This document shows, one piece after another, positions 12,180-24,544 of a DNA stretch of 64,000 bases; the stretch's first letter is position 1; each line of letters starts with the position of its first letter. Both the position numbers and the translations under genes were made by a program. Source of the DNA: Vicugna vicugna (Eukaryota). The stretch spans positions 5,181,741-5,245,740 of the forward strand of contig MU058636.1 of the NCBI GenBank assembly GCA_013265495.1, given 5' to 3'. The notes under the pieces were generated by a model. It ran no database searches, was not told where the DNA came from, and saw only the letters and a program-made list of their open reading frames with translations.

Positions 12180-13460
12180 GCCAGATCAGGCACTGCTCCA
12201 GGACGTACAGAGGGAACAAGTCCAGCAACAACAAAATCCCACTCCCGTGAAGCATGCGTTCTAGTCAGGCAGTGACAGTCTAGTCTATCAGTAGGGAAAT
12301 GACATAATTTCAGATGCTGAAAAGGGCTATGGATGAAGCAGGGTCATGTGAAATAGAGTTGCTGGGGAGGAACTTTTGGGGGAATCCAGGCAGATGCTCT
12401 GAGCAAGTAGAGATGTGAATGATGAAAGAGGCAGCCATTTGAGGAGGGGGGAAGAGGGTCCCAGACAGAGGTAAAATCAAATGCTGAAGTCCCACAGGAG
12501 GGTGAGCTAGGCAGGGCCAGGGACTGAAAGCAGTCAGGTGGCTGGAGCATGGTGGGGGTGGGCGAGCAGAGGAGGATGACATTATAAAGGTAGGCGTCAG
12601 CACACTGTGAAGGCCCTCTACCCTGGGTCATGGCTTGAATTTTGAAAAGATCTTTATAAAGATCACATGGCTGCCATGTGAAGGATAGACTAGGGGCACA
12701 TGAAGAAAGGGGACTGTTGCAGAAATCTAGGTGGGAGCTAATGGGAACTAGGTGGTTAGGGTCATGCCAATGGAGATGCGGAGAAGGGGTCAGACCTGGA
12801 ATCTGTTTTATAGGAAGAACTGAAGAACCTACTAGTGGATTAGATATTGAGTATGAAGAAAAGAGGGAAATTGAGGATAGCTCCTAGGATTCTGGGCTGA
12901 TCAAATAGAAAGTGGTACCATTTCTTAAGATGGAGAAGTCTTAAGGGTGTGAGATAGCAGATTTGGGGGAGAAAATTATTTGGATTGTGCTAATTTTGAG
13001 GTACCTATTGGGCATCCAACTTAAGAAGTGAATAGTTGGATTTACAAGCCTGGGTCTGATGGAAGAGTTCAGAGGTGGAAACGTATCTGAGAGTCAACAG
13101 AGTACAGATGGGCTTTCAAGCTGTGGGACTGGGTGAGATCATGGCAGGGACGGGGGAGAATATGGACAGAGAAGACGACCTTAGACGCGGGTCACTCTGA
13201 CGTTTAGAGGTTTGGAGACAGCTGAGTTGATGGAGAAGGCGTATGTTGCTAGGTAGAAGAGAACCAGGTGAGTGTGTGTCATGGGAGCCCAGAGGAGGCA
13301 GCTTTCAAAGAGAGCGGTCGTCCTGTTGGATGCTGCCGAGGGAAGAAGTGAAAATGGACAAAGAATTGACCAATGGTCTTTGGCAAGATGTAGGTCTTCA
13401 GCGGCTCCAGTGAGAGTTGTTTTAGTGGTAGGGGCAAAAGCATAACTTCAGCAGAATGAA
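12180..13460 (-). mobile_element. L2a-like LINE fragment
   Basis: caggcactgctccagg...ttctagtcagg, aagatcacatggctgccatgtgaaggatagac, tttgaggtacctattgggcatccaa. Confidence 0.75.
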
Positions 13461-13509
13461 AAAGTCCTTTGTCGTAATTCTGTGAGGACAACTCCTCTCC
13501 CTCACCCTG

Positions 13510-13770
13510 AGAGTGTTTGACTTGCAAGATGGAAACTCTGCTCTCATTAAACCACAGCTCCCCACGCCCGCTCCCCTCAGTCCTTGACAGCCACCATTCT
13601 ATATTCTGTTTCTATGAATTTGACTATTGTAGATATATAGAAGTGGAACCTTACAGTATTCATCCATTTGTGACTGGCTTATTTCACTTAGCATAATGTC
13701 CTCAAGGATCACCCATGTTGTGGCATGTGTCATATTTCTTTCCTTTTAAGGCTGAATATATTTTTCTGGG
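13510..13770 (-). mobile_element. L1MB-like 3' UTR fragment
   Basis: ccaccattctatattctgtttctatgaatttgactatt...gtgactggcttatttcacttagcataatgtcctcaagg...ttccttttaaggctgaata. Confidence 0.85.
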
Positions 13771-16357
13771 CTTATTTATTTTATGTTCTGTTCCCCTCCC
13801 CGCCACAGTTTCAAACACACAGTTGTACCCTTTGTTATTTGTCCTTGCCTCAGGGATTTTTGCATTTGCATTACATTTTTCTTAAGTCTAACCAAGCTGT
13901 TAACAGGGTGAGGAGTTGGTATAAAGAGTATTCGATGAAAATTACACGAAGACAGTCTAGAAATACCATTAGTGCAAATCCATTTGTGATGGAAATTCCT
14001 GAGAACAAATAACTGGTGAAACTCAAAGAAGAACAAGTTGAAAATTATTGCTTCTGCACTTTTCTGAAATCTAAGCCATCGAAGACATAGCTCAAGATTG
14101 GTGGGGGTGGAGCACACTGGGTGCGGGCAGGAAAGGAGGGAAGCTTTTGGTGTAACAAAGGAGAGATGATTCCCTCAGGACAGGAAGACACAGAGATGGC
14201 GGGGGGAGGAAGGCAAGGACCTCGGAGGGGTGGTGGGTGGAGGCTTGAGGCTTCTGGGCTCCAGGACTTGGCAGAGACCCAGTGCCTCTTCTGTGGGACG
14301 GGAGGCAGGAGTTCAAGGGACCGCGTGAGCTTGGATCTGCTAATACCACAGCAACTGCCGTAGTCTAGGGGAAGGGGACCTCGCTCCCTTTTCCAGAAAC
14401 TTCCTTAGCTTCCTAGAGTTGATTCTAGGGCAATAATAATTGACATCAAATTTCTTCCAATCTGTTAGGATGAGCTTCAATTCAAAATTAAGGTGACCTA
14501 AATAGAGTGGCACTTCCTTTGCACCTGAGTTTGTGGACTGAAATTCATTCCCACTGTGCTCTGAGTTATCTTCAATCTCTCTTCTAAATGAAAAGCGTTG
14601 TCATTATCTTATGTGCATCAGGGCATAGGGGTTCATAGAACAGTGGAATAATAGATGTGAAAAGTTATAAACACCGAATGAATGGAAAGGGAGAAACAAT
14701 GTCCTGCTCGGAATGACAACTTCCATCTCATTAATCCAGAAAGCGCCAACAAGCCTGAGACCTGGCCAAACCAGAGCAAGTAGTTCTCTTTAATAGTATG
14801 TGATCAACAATATCAGCCTGAATAGGTTAATAGCTTTTATAATCAGAAGTTCCTAGAGAGCAGGAACTGGTAGGGAGCCCAGCTCCACAGGTCACCACCA
14901 ATGTGCAAAAATTGTTTACAATTTTTGTTAAACAGAAAGGAAGGGAGGGAAGAAAGGAGAACAAAAGCTTGCTTTCTCTACCTCCTTCCTGAAATTCTAC
15001 CTTGCATCCTAATAATGTAAACACTCCTGGGAAGAGAAGGCTAGAATAAGACAAGCTGTTATCAATCATTTATATTTACACTTGGCTCTTTCACAGGACC
15101 TGAGCAGATTTGCTGGAAAGTGTAAACCCTGTGAGCAGTTAGAAGCAGCTTCCTGCTAGGGAAAAGCACCTTCCCTTCCCCTAAAAAATGTAGGGCGATG
15201 AGAAGAGATTTGCTTGACCTGGAAAACTGGCTCGGGGTATTCTCATCAGTACCAGAACAATGTGCTTTTGATGCAGATGGTAATTTTATAATTTCTACAA
15301 GTAATGGTTCAGATGCTCACCCTACACTCTAGAGTTTCAGGCTTCAATCTCCTAGCAGTTTAATTTTCGGAGGGTCATTTGTTTTTGCCAGAAGGCATTC
15401 TTTAGGTTGGCAGCCAGACTCACTTGAGCACAGGCAATCCTGCACGTCGCAGTGCCTTATCCAAATGGAAAAAGTGCAGAGGAAATATTAATCAGGTGTG
15501 AATCTCACAGATGAGAGAATTGTGAGGGGTGGCGGGGCAGCGGAGAAGCAGCATCTGTCTAGTGTTTGCTAGAGCACCGAGCCCAGAAGGATGGGTTGCC
15601 TAGCAGCTCCCAGTCACTCCAGCCTAGTGCTAGGCAACAAGATGCAATCTGTCAGGCACAGCCCATCCACATTGTCTCCTGGTTTCTAGAAGACACGCAG
15701 GTATTTCAGAAGCATCTAATTAGCTTCTATCTCATTCACTTTACCACCTATATCAGGTATCCTCCTCTGTTCCTCACAACCCCCACCCCTGTCTGCTGTT
15801 CAAATGCAGTTCCCACATAGGCGGGGACCTAAATCTTGCAGGGAAATTTTGTGCATTTCAGAAAACAGGAAAATGAGAATTTGTCGTTTGGGTTACATTA
15901 GGCATTTCCCACTTTTCATTCAGCCAGGTCTCTGTGGTCATTTTCAAGGCTTCTTACCAACATACAAATTGTTACATGTGCAAAAAGAAGTCTGCTGATG
16001 GGTGCTAAGGAAACCAGGACCCATATTTTATTATAGGAGCAACCATCTGACTGCCTTCTTGCTCTCCCACTGAAGGGAGGGAAGAGGGGACGGTGGTGCC
16101 AGGCTTTTCTGATTTCTGTGGCCAGTCAGTAGTCTTCACCTCATACTTTCTATGTGTTAATCCTTTTTTGCTGTTTAATTTTCATGCTAATTATTATTAT
16201 TCTGTTTTGCAGTTGAGGAAACAGAGGCTTAGGAAGTCCAAGTCTCCAAGACACATAGTTCTTTAGTGGCTTAAGTGTCACCTTGATTTTATGAGACATA
16301 GTCTCTGCTCATTGGGAAAACTCTATTCTAGTTGAGAAACCTGTAATGATTCTGAAA

Positions 16358-16415
16358 TACACACACACACACACAAACACACACACATACACACACATAC
16401 GTATACACACACACA
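16358..16415. repeat. Interrupted (AC)n microsatellite
   Basis: Visible directly. Confidence 0.95.
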
Positions 16416-17024
16416 TTTAAAAAAAAATTGAGACCATATGTAATAAAGAGGGATTCAAGAAAGTGTCCTGAATCTTCTTCCAGGGAAACCAATTAAGGGC
16501 AGAGCATCTTGGGTTCTGCAGGCCAGTCTTTCATCTTCAGGTGGCAGTGAAAAACTGGAGGCCACGGGGAACCCAGACTGCACTCTGCCCCAGGTTTTGG
16601 TTGAGCTCAGGGTCACAAGCTCTGCTCTGCCTGGGTCTTCATCTGCACCCATCTCTGCAGGCTGTCCTGGGGCTGAACAAACTACCACCTGTCCAGAAAC
16701 AGGGTTGGAAATGAGATAAATATTAATCCTTCCTGGCACTGCAGTGCCCATTTCCCCAAGGAGGAACTAAAAAACACAGGGGAAATCAAGTAACCTCAAG
16801 AATAGAAAGGAGGGGAAAAAAGATTAAGCTTGCTTCAAGGTCAAAATAAATGAGAATTTACAACTGTGTGAACTTTCACTTCATTTTTAGAATAGCCCAG
16901 GGAAAAGTTCATTGCTTCTGGAAAGGAGTCTTATGACATTTGAATGCTGTAATACCTCAGCCCCCCCCCCCATGGTTTTGTTAAGGTGTTGATTCTTAGA
17001 CCACCTATGAAGCGTGATTATGTA

Positions 17025-17192
17025 GGGCAATGATCTTAAACTTTTATATGCATATAAGTCATCTTGCCAAAATTCAGATTCTTGGGTGAAGTGGGTAGAC
17101 TGGTGGTGGGGCCCAAGGGTCTGCATTTCTAGCAAGCTCCCAGGTGACACCGATTTTGCTGTCTCAAGCACCGTACTTTGAGCAGCAAGGCT
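17025..17192. mobile_element. MER5A-like hAT DNA transposon
   Basis: cagattcttggg...ggggcccaagggtctgcatttctagcaagctcccaggtga...tactttgagcagcaagg. Confidence 0.8.
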
Positions 17193-18574
17193 GTCAGGGC
17201 TTCCTGATTGGAGTGAGACACTGGGCCAGAGGACCCCACAGGTCTTTTCTGACTGTTATTTAAGATCAGAGTATGGTTGAAACTGAAACCATCATAGGTA
17301 CAAAAATTGGCAGACTCACTAAATTTCACTCTCTTTGTTCTCTGAAAAATTCCCTGTCAACAGAGCCTCGTTTTTCTTCCCAGCAGCAGTGAGGTTTGAA
17401 GTGATGCTTGACATCATGGCGTAGAACCTCTGTGAACCTTTGCCACAGGTCTTTGCAGTAGCTGTTACTACTTTTATGTTCAAGGTGAGGAAGCTGACAG
17501 TCAGTGCTGGAGTCAGGGCTAGCACCCGGACCATTTGTTTTCAAGCCCTAAGTTGTACCTCTAAACCTCATATAAACACCTCACAGACCCTTGAGAAAGG
17601 GAGAGGGAGCAGGTGTTTATAAACTCAGCTGTGACCAGTCTGCTGGGGTCGTGGCAGATACTCTGGGCTGGCGGTGAGGGTTGCAGGGAGAAGCAGTGTT
17701 AGACCAGTCACCTCTGGGGAGAGACAGAAAGTTTGGTGTGACCCTCTCTCTCTGGTGCCTCCCTTTTCTTGGCCTTCCCTTCACGTCCACTCCCTGCACA
17801 ACCACACACAGGCAGGCTGCTCTCAGTCCTTCCGGTGGGGCCTGGTGGGCCTAGAGGAATAGGACTGGACTCCATTCAAAATGAGATACATTTAATTTAT
17901 TAGTTTCCTTGTTCCAGAAGTGATTTAAAGACAGTAATAACAATTCCTGTATTCCCATTTCCAGGGTAGCTGGGAAGACTTTTGAGAAAAGATTGTTCAA
18001 CTGCAAGAACAGAATTTCCGACAGTAAAGTTTGAGAGATTTTCATTAACGTGGGTGGGAAGGGGGTTAGTGATGGAGGGAGGGTATAAGGAGGGAACGTC
18101 GCTGCCCGCAGGTACTCAGATCCATCCCAGCAGGGCCTGCTCGGGTCAGGCGAGAGGGCAAGGCCCCCACTCAGCACCACTGTGTACCGTGGCTTTTGAA
18201 AGATGCTTGACACCATTAAAAAAAAAACTCATAGTAGGTGAGTTTATTCAACTGGGTTTGGAAATGGCCATGGGGTATGAACACAGTCTGCGGAGAAGTA
18301 AACACTGATTAACAGCGATGTCTGCTGGGCTGCTCCGGGGACCTTTATTACATTTTATCTAACAGCCTCATTAATGGTCTAGAAGAGGTAGATGCTAACA
18401 GAACTTTAATTAAATTCATGGTGGATATTAAATTGGGAGTGATTGTGAATCTAAGGGAAGGCAGAAGGGCAACCCAAGAGGACTGAGAAGTAGAAGACCA
18501 AATAAAATTCCGCATTAACAAGTGGAGAGAAATGCCTTTGAAACGCAACTTGCATGGAAATAACGAGGGTTTCA

Positions 18575-18760
18575 GAGGTTGGCTTACTGTGTGCCCGACG
18601 CTGTGCTGGGCGCTTTGAAGGTGTTGGCTCATTTGTTCTTCCCAACAACACACTGGGGCAGGTGCTCTTGGAACTCTCATTTTGCAGGTGAGAAGACTGA
18701 GGCAGGAAGAGGTGAAGTGGCTTGCAGAGGGCACTCAGGTGATAAATGGTCTAGAAATTA
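18575..18760 (-). mobile_element. MIR SINE
   Basis: gcttactgtgtgcccgacgctgtgctgggcgcttt...ctcattttgcaggtgagaagactgaggcaggaagaggtgaagtggcttgc. Confidence 0.85.
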
Positions 18761-19940
18761 GAAAAAAATCCCCTTCAGTCTTTCTGTCTTGTATTTTTTT
18801 CCTGTTGAGTTACAAGGCAGTAGTGAAACCATGCTTTTAAAATGTTTCTGGTTATTTGGTTTTAGTGGAAATGTGTATTTTGTGTGTTAGCCTAAGAATA
18901 ACCCATTTAAAGGAGAGCTTTTCAAACAGAGATGTTCATAGTATCCAGTTCATTACCGCCATGCATTTGGGCAACGAGTCAGCCTTCTCCGAATAGAGCA
19001 GCCCATCACAAAGCTGAATGTGTGAGCAGGGCCCTGGTCTTCTTTGCTCACTGCTGTGTCATCCAGCTTCTGGAAAAGCACGAGGCACACAGGAGATGTT
19101 CCAGAAATAATTATTAAATGCACTTCTATTAGGCCATGTTGATTTTGCCTCAGCTTCAGTTTGGAATTCAGAAAGCATTAGGTAGAGGTTTTAATGGCAG
19201 AGAGAAGGGACATGGGTGCCAGGTCATGATGCACTTCTGCTCTGAGCACTTAGAGATTTGAGCTGTGGCACAATTACCATTTTTAATGTCTAACCTGGGC
19301 AAGGATCTGACGAGGGTTTCCTTGCTCAGAAGAGGGCTTGTGGCTGTGCGACAGGTTTGGGGGAGAATCAAGTGAGAGTAGGGTGGAGAAGGCGTCTGTC
19401 AACTGTGAGGCACAGAACAAGCGCCAGTTGTCATCACACAGTCAGAACCTTGCACAGTGTTTATCAAACATGATGGCACCCCCAGGCCACTGTTTGGAAA
19501 ACAGTTACACTAGTTTAACCACTCAAATAAATTTACTGTAACACCAAGAGAGGCCAGGATAGCTCATCACTTAAGAACAGATAGCAACAGACAATGCTTT
19601 CTTCCTAGGTGAGTTTCAGAATCTTTGGGGCTAGGGCCCAGGAATTTTGTTTTTAGAAAAGGTTCTGTGTGATTGTGATGTTCTACCAGGTTGAGAATAA
19701 TGAGAACAGCTGCTTCGTAAGGGGAGAGGCAGAAGGAGTAGGGCTGGGAGGACCAATGGCCAGGAGGCAAGGAAGTGGCCAACGATGCCAAAGGTTGGGG
19801 AATTCTGGAGGACCTTGATTTTTAGAGGGGAAGAGGTCATAGGAAGTGGTGTCAAAGTTAAGGTCAGGGTGAATGCAGAGCCTGCCGTTTGTTGGCCAGC
19901 GGAGGGCCAGGCAGGTGTTTAGTGCCTCTATCAGGAGAGT

Positions 19941-20066
19941 GGGGCAGGGTAGAGCTCAGAGGTAGAGCACATGTTTAGCATGCATGAGGTCCTGGGTTCG
20001 ATCCTTAGTACCTCCATTAAAAATAAATAAATAAACCTAATTACATAAATAATAATAATAATAAAA
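19941..20066 (+). mobile_element. Camelid tRNA-derived SINE (vic-1 type)
   Basis: ggggcagggtagagctcagaggtagagcacatgtttagcatgcatgaggtcctgggttcgatccttagtacctcc with Pol III A and B boxes, then aaaaataaataaataaacctaatta and an (AAT)n tail; paralogous to 55418-55546. Confidence 0.9.
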
Positions 20067-20129
20067 GAAATGGGGGACATGGAAAGGATTTGTATCCAGA
20101 AGGGCCCCACAGGGTCCTGCTCAGTTTCA
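20067..20129 (-). mobile_element. 5' terminal fragment of an ERV1-like LTR
   Basis: Minus strand begins TGAAACTGAGCAGGACCCTGTGGGGCCC, which I recall as an LTR start in laurasiatherian genomes. Confidence 0.5.
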
Positions 20130-20365
20130 TTGGTACACAGACCACACCATCATCGCCTGCCTGGCATCTTCAGGAGTCCCCAGTGATGTCTTCTATTGGG
20201 AGAGGAAGTGGAATCAGTAGTCTAGTAACTGAACATGGTCTTGCAAATAGAGGAGAGTTGTCTCTAGGGTCCTCCTATACTGAGAGTTATTAACTAGTTT
20301 CCCCTTTTTCATTGACCCTCTGACCCATCCATTTCCCCAAGACCAGAGGTGGGTGTAAGTTGTGG

Positions 20366-20900
20366 TCATTCATTGATTCAGCAACCATTAGTTGAGCTCC
20401 TACTATGTGCCAGGCCCTCTGTGAGGCCCTGGAAATTCGGCAGGGAGCAAAAGAGACAGGGTCCCTGCCCTCTTGGGAGCTCACAGGGAAGTGGGGGAGA
20501 CAGACACGAATGACATAATTGAATAAATGCATATACAGTTTAAAAATCTGTACATGCCATGAAGGAAATGTCCATGAGAGTTTACGGAAGGGCCTGCTGT
20601 GGTGTGAGTGTCTGTGATGGTGATCATGAAGGATGTTCTAGCTGGGATCAAAGGGCCGTTGGCCAGGTGAGGGGTGGGGAAAGAGTGTTCCGGGCCGAGG
20701 GAGAACTTGTGCAAAGTGCTGGGAGTGAGGCAGACCAGCAGGGCTGGAAAGAGCTGCAGGGTGTTTAGGCTGAAAGGAGGCCTGGCAGGGCCCACGCACA
20801 GGGTGGCTGAGGCCGGGGTTTGGACCTCCGTCCACAGGGAAGTGGGAGACCTTGGAGATTTTGAAAGGAAGGGTGATGGTGGGGATGCGGTGTGTGTATC
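20366..20900 (-). mobile_element. L2 3' fragment
   Basis: tcattcattgattcagcaaccattagttgagctcctactatgtgccaggccct...gtccctgccctcttgggagctcacag. Confidence 0.8.
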
Positions 20901-20920
20901 AGAGAAGGGCGGAGAGGCCG

Positions 20921-21264
20921 CGTCAGTTTTCTAGAGCTGAATGTCTCAGTTCTGGGGACCTCAAGGCTGAGATCAGGCCGTCAGCAGGGCTGGTTTCTCC
21001 TGAGGCTTCTTTCCTTGGCTGGTAGACGCCTGTCTTCTCCCTGTGTTCTCGCACAGTCTTCCCTCTGCGTGTGTCTGCGTCCTCAAGTCCTCTTCTTTTA
21101 AGGACACCAGTCCTGTTGGATTAAAGCCCACCCTCATGACCTCATTTTACACGAATCACCGCTTTAAAGGCCCTGCCTCCAAATACAGTCAAATCCTAAG
21201 GTCCTGGGTGTCAGGACTGCAACATAGAGAATTCGGGGCAGGGGGACACAATTCAGCCTGTAAC
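20921..21264 (-). mobile_element. MLT1B-like MaLR LTR
   Basis: cagggctggtttctcctgaggc...cttttaaggacaccagtcctgttggattaaagcccaccctcatgacctcatttt...gggggacacaattcagcctgtaaca. Confidence 0.85.
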
Positions 21265-21589
21265 AGAAGTGTAAGCGGATTTGTGGTTTAAAGGGCTTCT
21301 CTGGCTCTTGGGAGGAATGAATGAAGCGACGAGCCTGAAAGCAGGAGGCAGCAGAAGCGCCTGTGATGGCCCAGGCTTGGCTGACGCCTCACACTGTGGC
21401 ACCTAACACCTGTCCTAGGCAGGGCTTCAACCCTCCGTCCTGTCTCCTGGTACGACTGCGTTGCATTTTCATGCAGAATATTCTAATGCTATGAAAATTT
21501 AAACACTGTCTTACCAGCTATACTTTTTAAAACAGTCAAAGGAGACACTACAAAATTTTACACTGGAGTAGTACCATTGAGATTGAATG

Positions 21590-21656
21590 AAAAGGAAAGA
21601 AAGAATGAAAGAAAGAAAGGAAGGAAGGAAGGAGGGAGGGAGGGAGGAAGGAAGAA
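21590..21656. repeat. (GAAA)/(GGAA)/(GGGA) purine microsatellite
   Basis: Visible directly. Confidence 0.9.
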
Positions 21657-22159
21657 ATCCCCCAGTCATCTAAAGGCAAAAGGGAATCATTTTTTGTAAC
21701 TTAATTATGAAAACACCAGATAAACAGAATGATTTTATATTATTGCATTTTTGCTAAAATGCCACTTGAAATAAAAATAAATGAACAGTTACTAGCTGTT
21801 CTTTAAAATGTACTTGTCTGACTTGTCAGTGTTTTAGAGGATGAAAGACCGAAGAAAATCATGTTACTTAGCTACTGAAAATTCATCTTAGTTTTCTAGT
21901 ACTTGATAATATAAGAAAATCTGGAGCAGCAAATCAGAACAAATCAGAATCATCTCCCAATTCAAATCATCACCATCATCACCACATATTTATCATAAGA
22001 AAGTGCTCTTTAAGGTGTTAAAAGGCAGCAGTAGTGAAGAAGCACATCTGGAAAATAAGCTGTGGCCCAGGATGGAGAAAATGACAGGTATCAGAATTGC
22101 TAGTCATTCAGCAATGTGTATTTTGTACCCACTGTGTGCAGCAGCCAACCTCACATGTG

Positions 22160-22325
22160 GTGATGGGCCACCTGCATTAGCATCACCTGGGAAACACATC
22201 ACAAAGGCAAGTTCTTGGACCTCATCCCAGACCAAATCCAAACATCTGGACAAAAGGCTGAGGCATCAGGCATCAGAAGTCACTGCGGATAATTCTTAAG
22301 CTCAGCAAAGTTTGAGGGCCACTGT
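22160..22325. mobile_element. MER5-like hAT DNA transposon
   Basis: cctgcattagcatcacctgggaaac...ttggacctcatcccagacc...aaagtttgagggccactg. Confidence 0.7.
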
Positions 22326-23329
22326 CAGAGATAAATGTGTGTTGTGCTCTGTGGGAGGAAAGAAGGGAAGTCAATTCCATGCATCTGCCCTGAGGATTTT
22401 CTGTTGGGTGCGGAAGCCTACATGGAAACGTGCATAAGGAAACACACCATAGCATAGAATTTCTCGACTTCAAGAGAACACGGCTTTTGTTAGCCTAATC
22501 CTTCCACTTTGCAACGATCAGCTAACACTAAGAGGGCTAACTAAGCCAGGGTCATGCTTGAGGGCGTGATGGGAATTGAACCCAGCATTTGGTCCACTTT
22601 CTGGTGACACCTTGACCTTTAAGCTCGTGTTGCCTCAAATACACTCAGACAATTAAGTAGCACACGGTCCTTCCAAAGAGGGAGGTTAGCTTCCACTTGA
22701 GTTTTGTTTTTTAAGGGGACACATAATCCTTGCTCTTTTTCAACTTTGAAATAATAAAATCATGCACGCATTCTGCAAAGCCTGGCCCTGAGAAAAGCTC
22801 ACCATCTGTGCTGGTTGTTGGCTAGAACATGGACTGGAAAAAAAAAAAAAAAAAGGTCATCCAGGTGGTGCGCATGCCTGCTGAGCTTCACTGATTCCTG
22901 GAATTCTGCAGTAGCCTCCTGGAATTAATTTTTAACTTACCTAGGTATGTTTCTTAAAATAAAATTTTGATCTTTCTAAGGAAAAACATAAAGGGATGGG
23001 AGATTATTTTGTCCTAAAAGACTGAGGGGGAGTTACCATCGTCTAGGATGCAAAATGTTTTGTGAAAAACTGGAAAAGAAATAGTTATATTACATTGTGA
23101 GGGATTTAGACTCTGAAGAAGGGAACCACCACCAGATAGAAAGTGTTGCCGTCTCTTTGTCAGGTGGACTTTGAAGACAAATGGACTATCCCCTCTCTTG
23201 CACTTTTCTTGTTTTGTTTTTTTTTTTCATCCATGGTCATGGCTTCAATCACCCTCTACACTCTAAAGTCCTCCAAATCCTAATTCTCAGCCTCTGCTGC
23301 ACCAAGGATGTGATGGAGATCCTCTCCTT

Positions 23330-24145
23330 GCCTGTTGGTCCCTTGGCATTAGGTGTCCAAAGTTCCCTGGTGGCAGAGAGAGTTGAAAGTTCAGTGGGAC
23401 TCTTGCTGTGTCCAGTAGCAGGTCTATGCCCCTTAAAGACCCAGAACCTGTTAACTTTCAGAGCTTAGAGATTCAGGGATGAGAAGCAAAACTTTACCAT
23501 GTGGCATTAAGTGGGGCCAGTCCTGCTTACACCCCTTGATTTCTGGGTCCATATTTTATCCTAGTGGGGACAAAGCACTGGTCACTGGTTTAGTATGTAT
23601 ACTGTGTTCTGCAGGATAGACTCCACCATGGGGGGTACTACACCCTAATTGTCTGCTCAGCTGTTCCTCCAGCAGATCATTCCATCCCTCTGTTAGGCCA
23701 GCAGCTTCTGGGTGATATGATGATGGGTGAGTCGAGTGCCTGTACCACATCCCTGCTGTAACGGGGGGCTGCTCATGTTAGTTTTGTGGCTGCAGTGTTA
23801 TGAGGGCTGTGAGAATGTGGATCAGACACTCTGAGCCTTTAGAAAGCAGTGCTGGCTGAGACTCTGTGAGCAAGAAAGGCAAGTTCACATTAGAATATTG
23901 TCAGTTCTGTCAAGAGGAATCGCACCCCATGGACAGGGTGCCACATAGTTATTCTCCCACTGAGGTGCTGGTTGGTCTCCTTAAAGGAAGTTGCCATCTC
24001 GGGGCCCAGTATTGGTTTGTTTTGCTGGCAGGATTTCATTCATTCATTCATTCGGTAGCCAGATCAGCTTTGGCAAGAGGAAGGCCTGTTGTTGGGCCCG
24101 TGCACGGCCTCCATCCCTGCCCGATGGTTACTCCAGTCATGTGAC
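23330..24145 (-). mobile_element. ERVL/MaLR-class internal relic with decayed integrase
   Basis: ORF 23556-23750 contains YHPEAAGLTEGWNDLLEEQLSRQLG, like the ERVL integrase core HHPEAAGLIERWNGLLKxQLxxQLG; frameshifted minus-strand frames near 23960-24140 give GRDGG..AQQ, LPLAKADLAT, CQQ and GDQPA, the zinc-finger region. Confidence 0.85.
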
Positions 24146-24159
24146 TATTGGGTCAGTAC

Positions 24160-24309
24160 GATAAACACATAAATACTTTTAGATTTCCTCATTTTAATTG
24201 TCAAATACAGTATTTATGAATATAACTCAGATCATCAAGAGCTCTTGGGGTCCTCCATAATTTTTAAGAGTGTAGAGGTCTTGAGTCCAAAATGTTTGAG
24301 AAGTGCTGA
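24160..24309. mobile_element. Charlie1-like hAT terminal fragment
   Basis: gctcttggggtcctccataatttttaagagtgtagaggtcttgagtccaaaatgtttgagaagtgctg. Confidence 0.7.
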
Positions 24310-24311
24310 CC

Positions 24312-24544
24312 TAGGCCAGTCACTGTGTCTCTGGTTGATCAGAGCTTCTGGGCGGTAGGCCTGCCCTTACCCTAGGGCTAGGGGCAGGGCATTGTGAGCC
24401 CCCAAAACTCTGTGGCCTGTGAATGAGGGACAAGTGGCTCCCCAAAGGGAAATCTAGGAGCCATTGTCAGCAGAAGGGGAGGAGCATACTGTGCTTCAAA
24501 CCAAGCAAAAAACCCACAAAACGAAACAGTGGGTGTCTACCACA
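24312..24544 (-). mobile_element. Old MLT1 LTR 5' portion
   Basis: ctccccaaagggaaatctaggagccattgtcagcagaagggg...ggtgtctaccaca (minus strand starts TGTGGTAGACACC). Confidence 0.55.

Noticed and set aside
19941..20015. tRNA-like gene (also 55418-55495)
   Set aside because: Mismatched stems, shared AT-rich SINE tail, a TSD on the second copy and no oligo-T terminator: SINEs, not tRNA genes.
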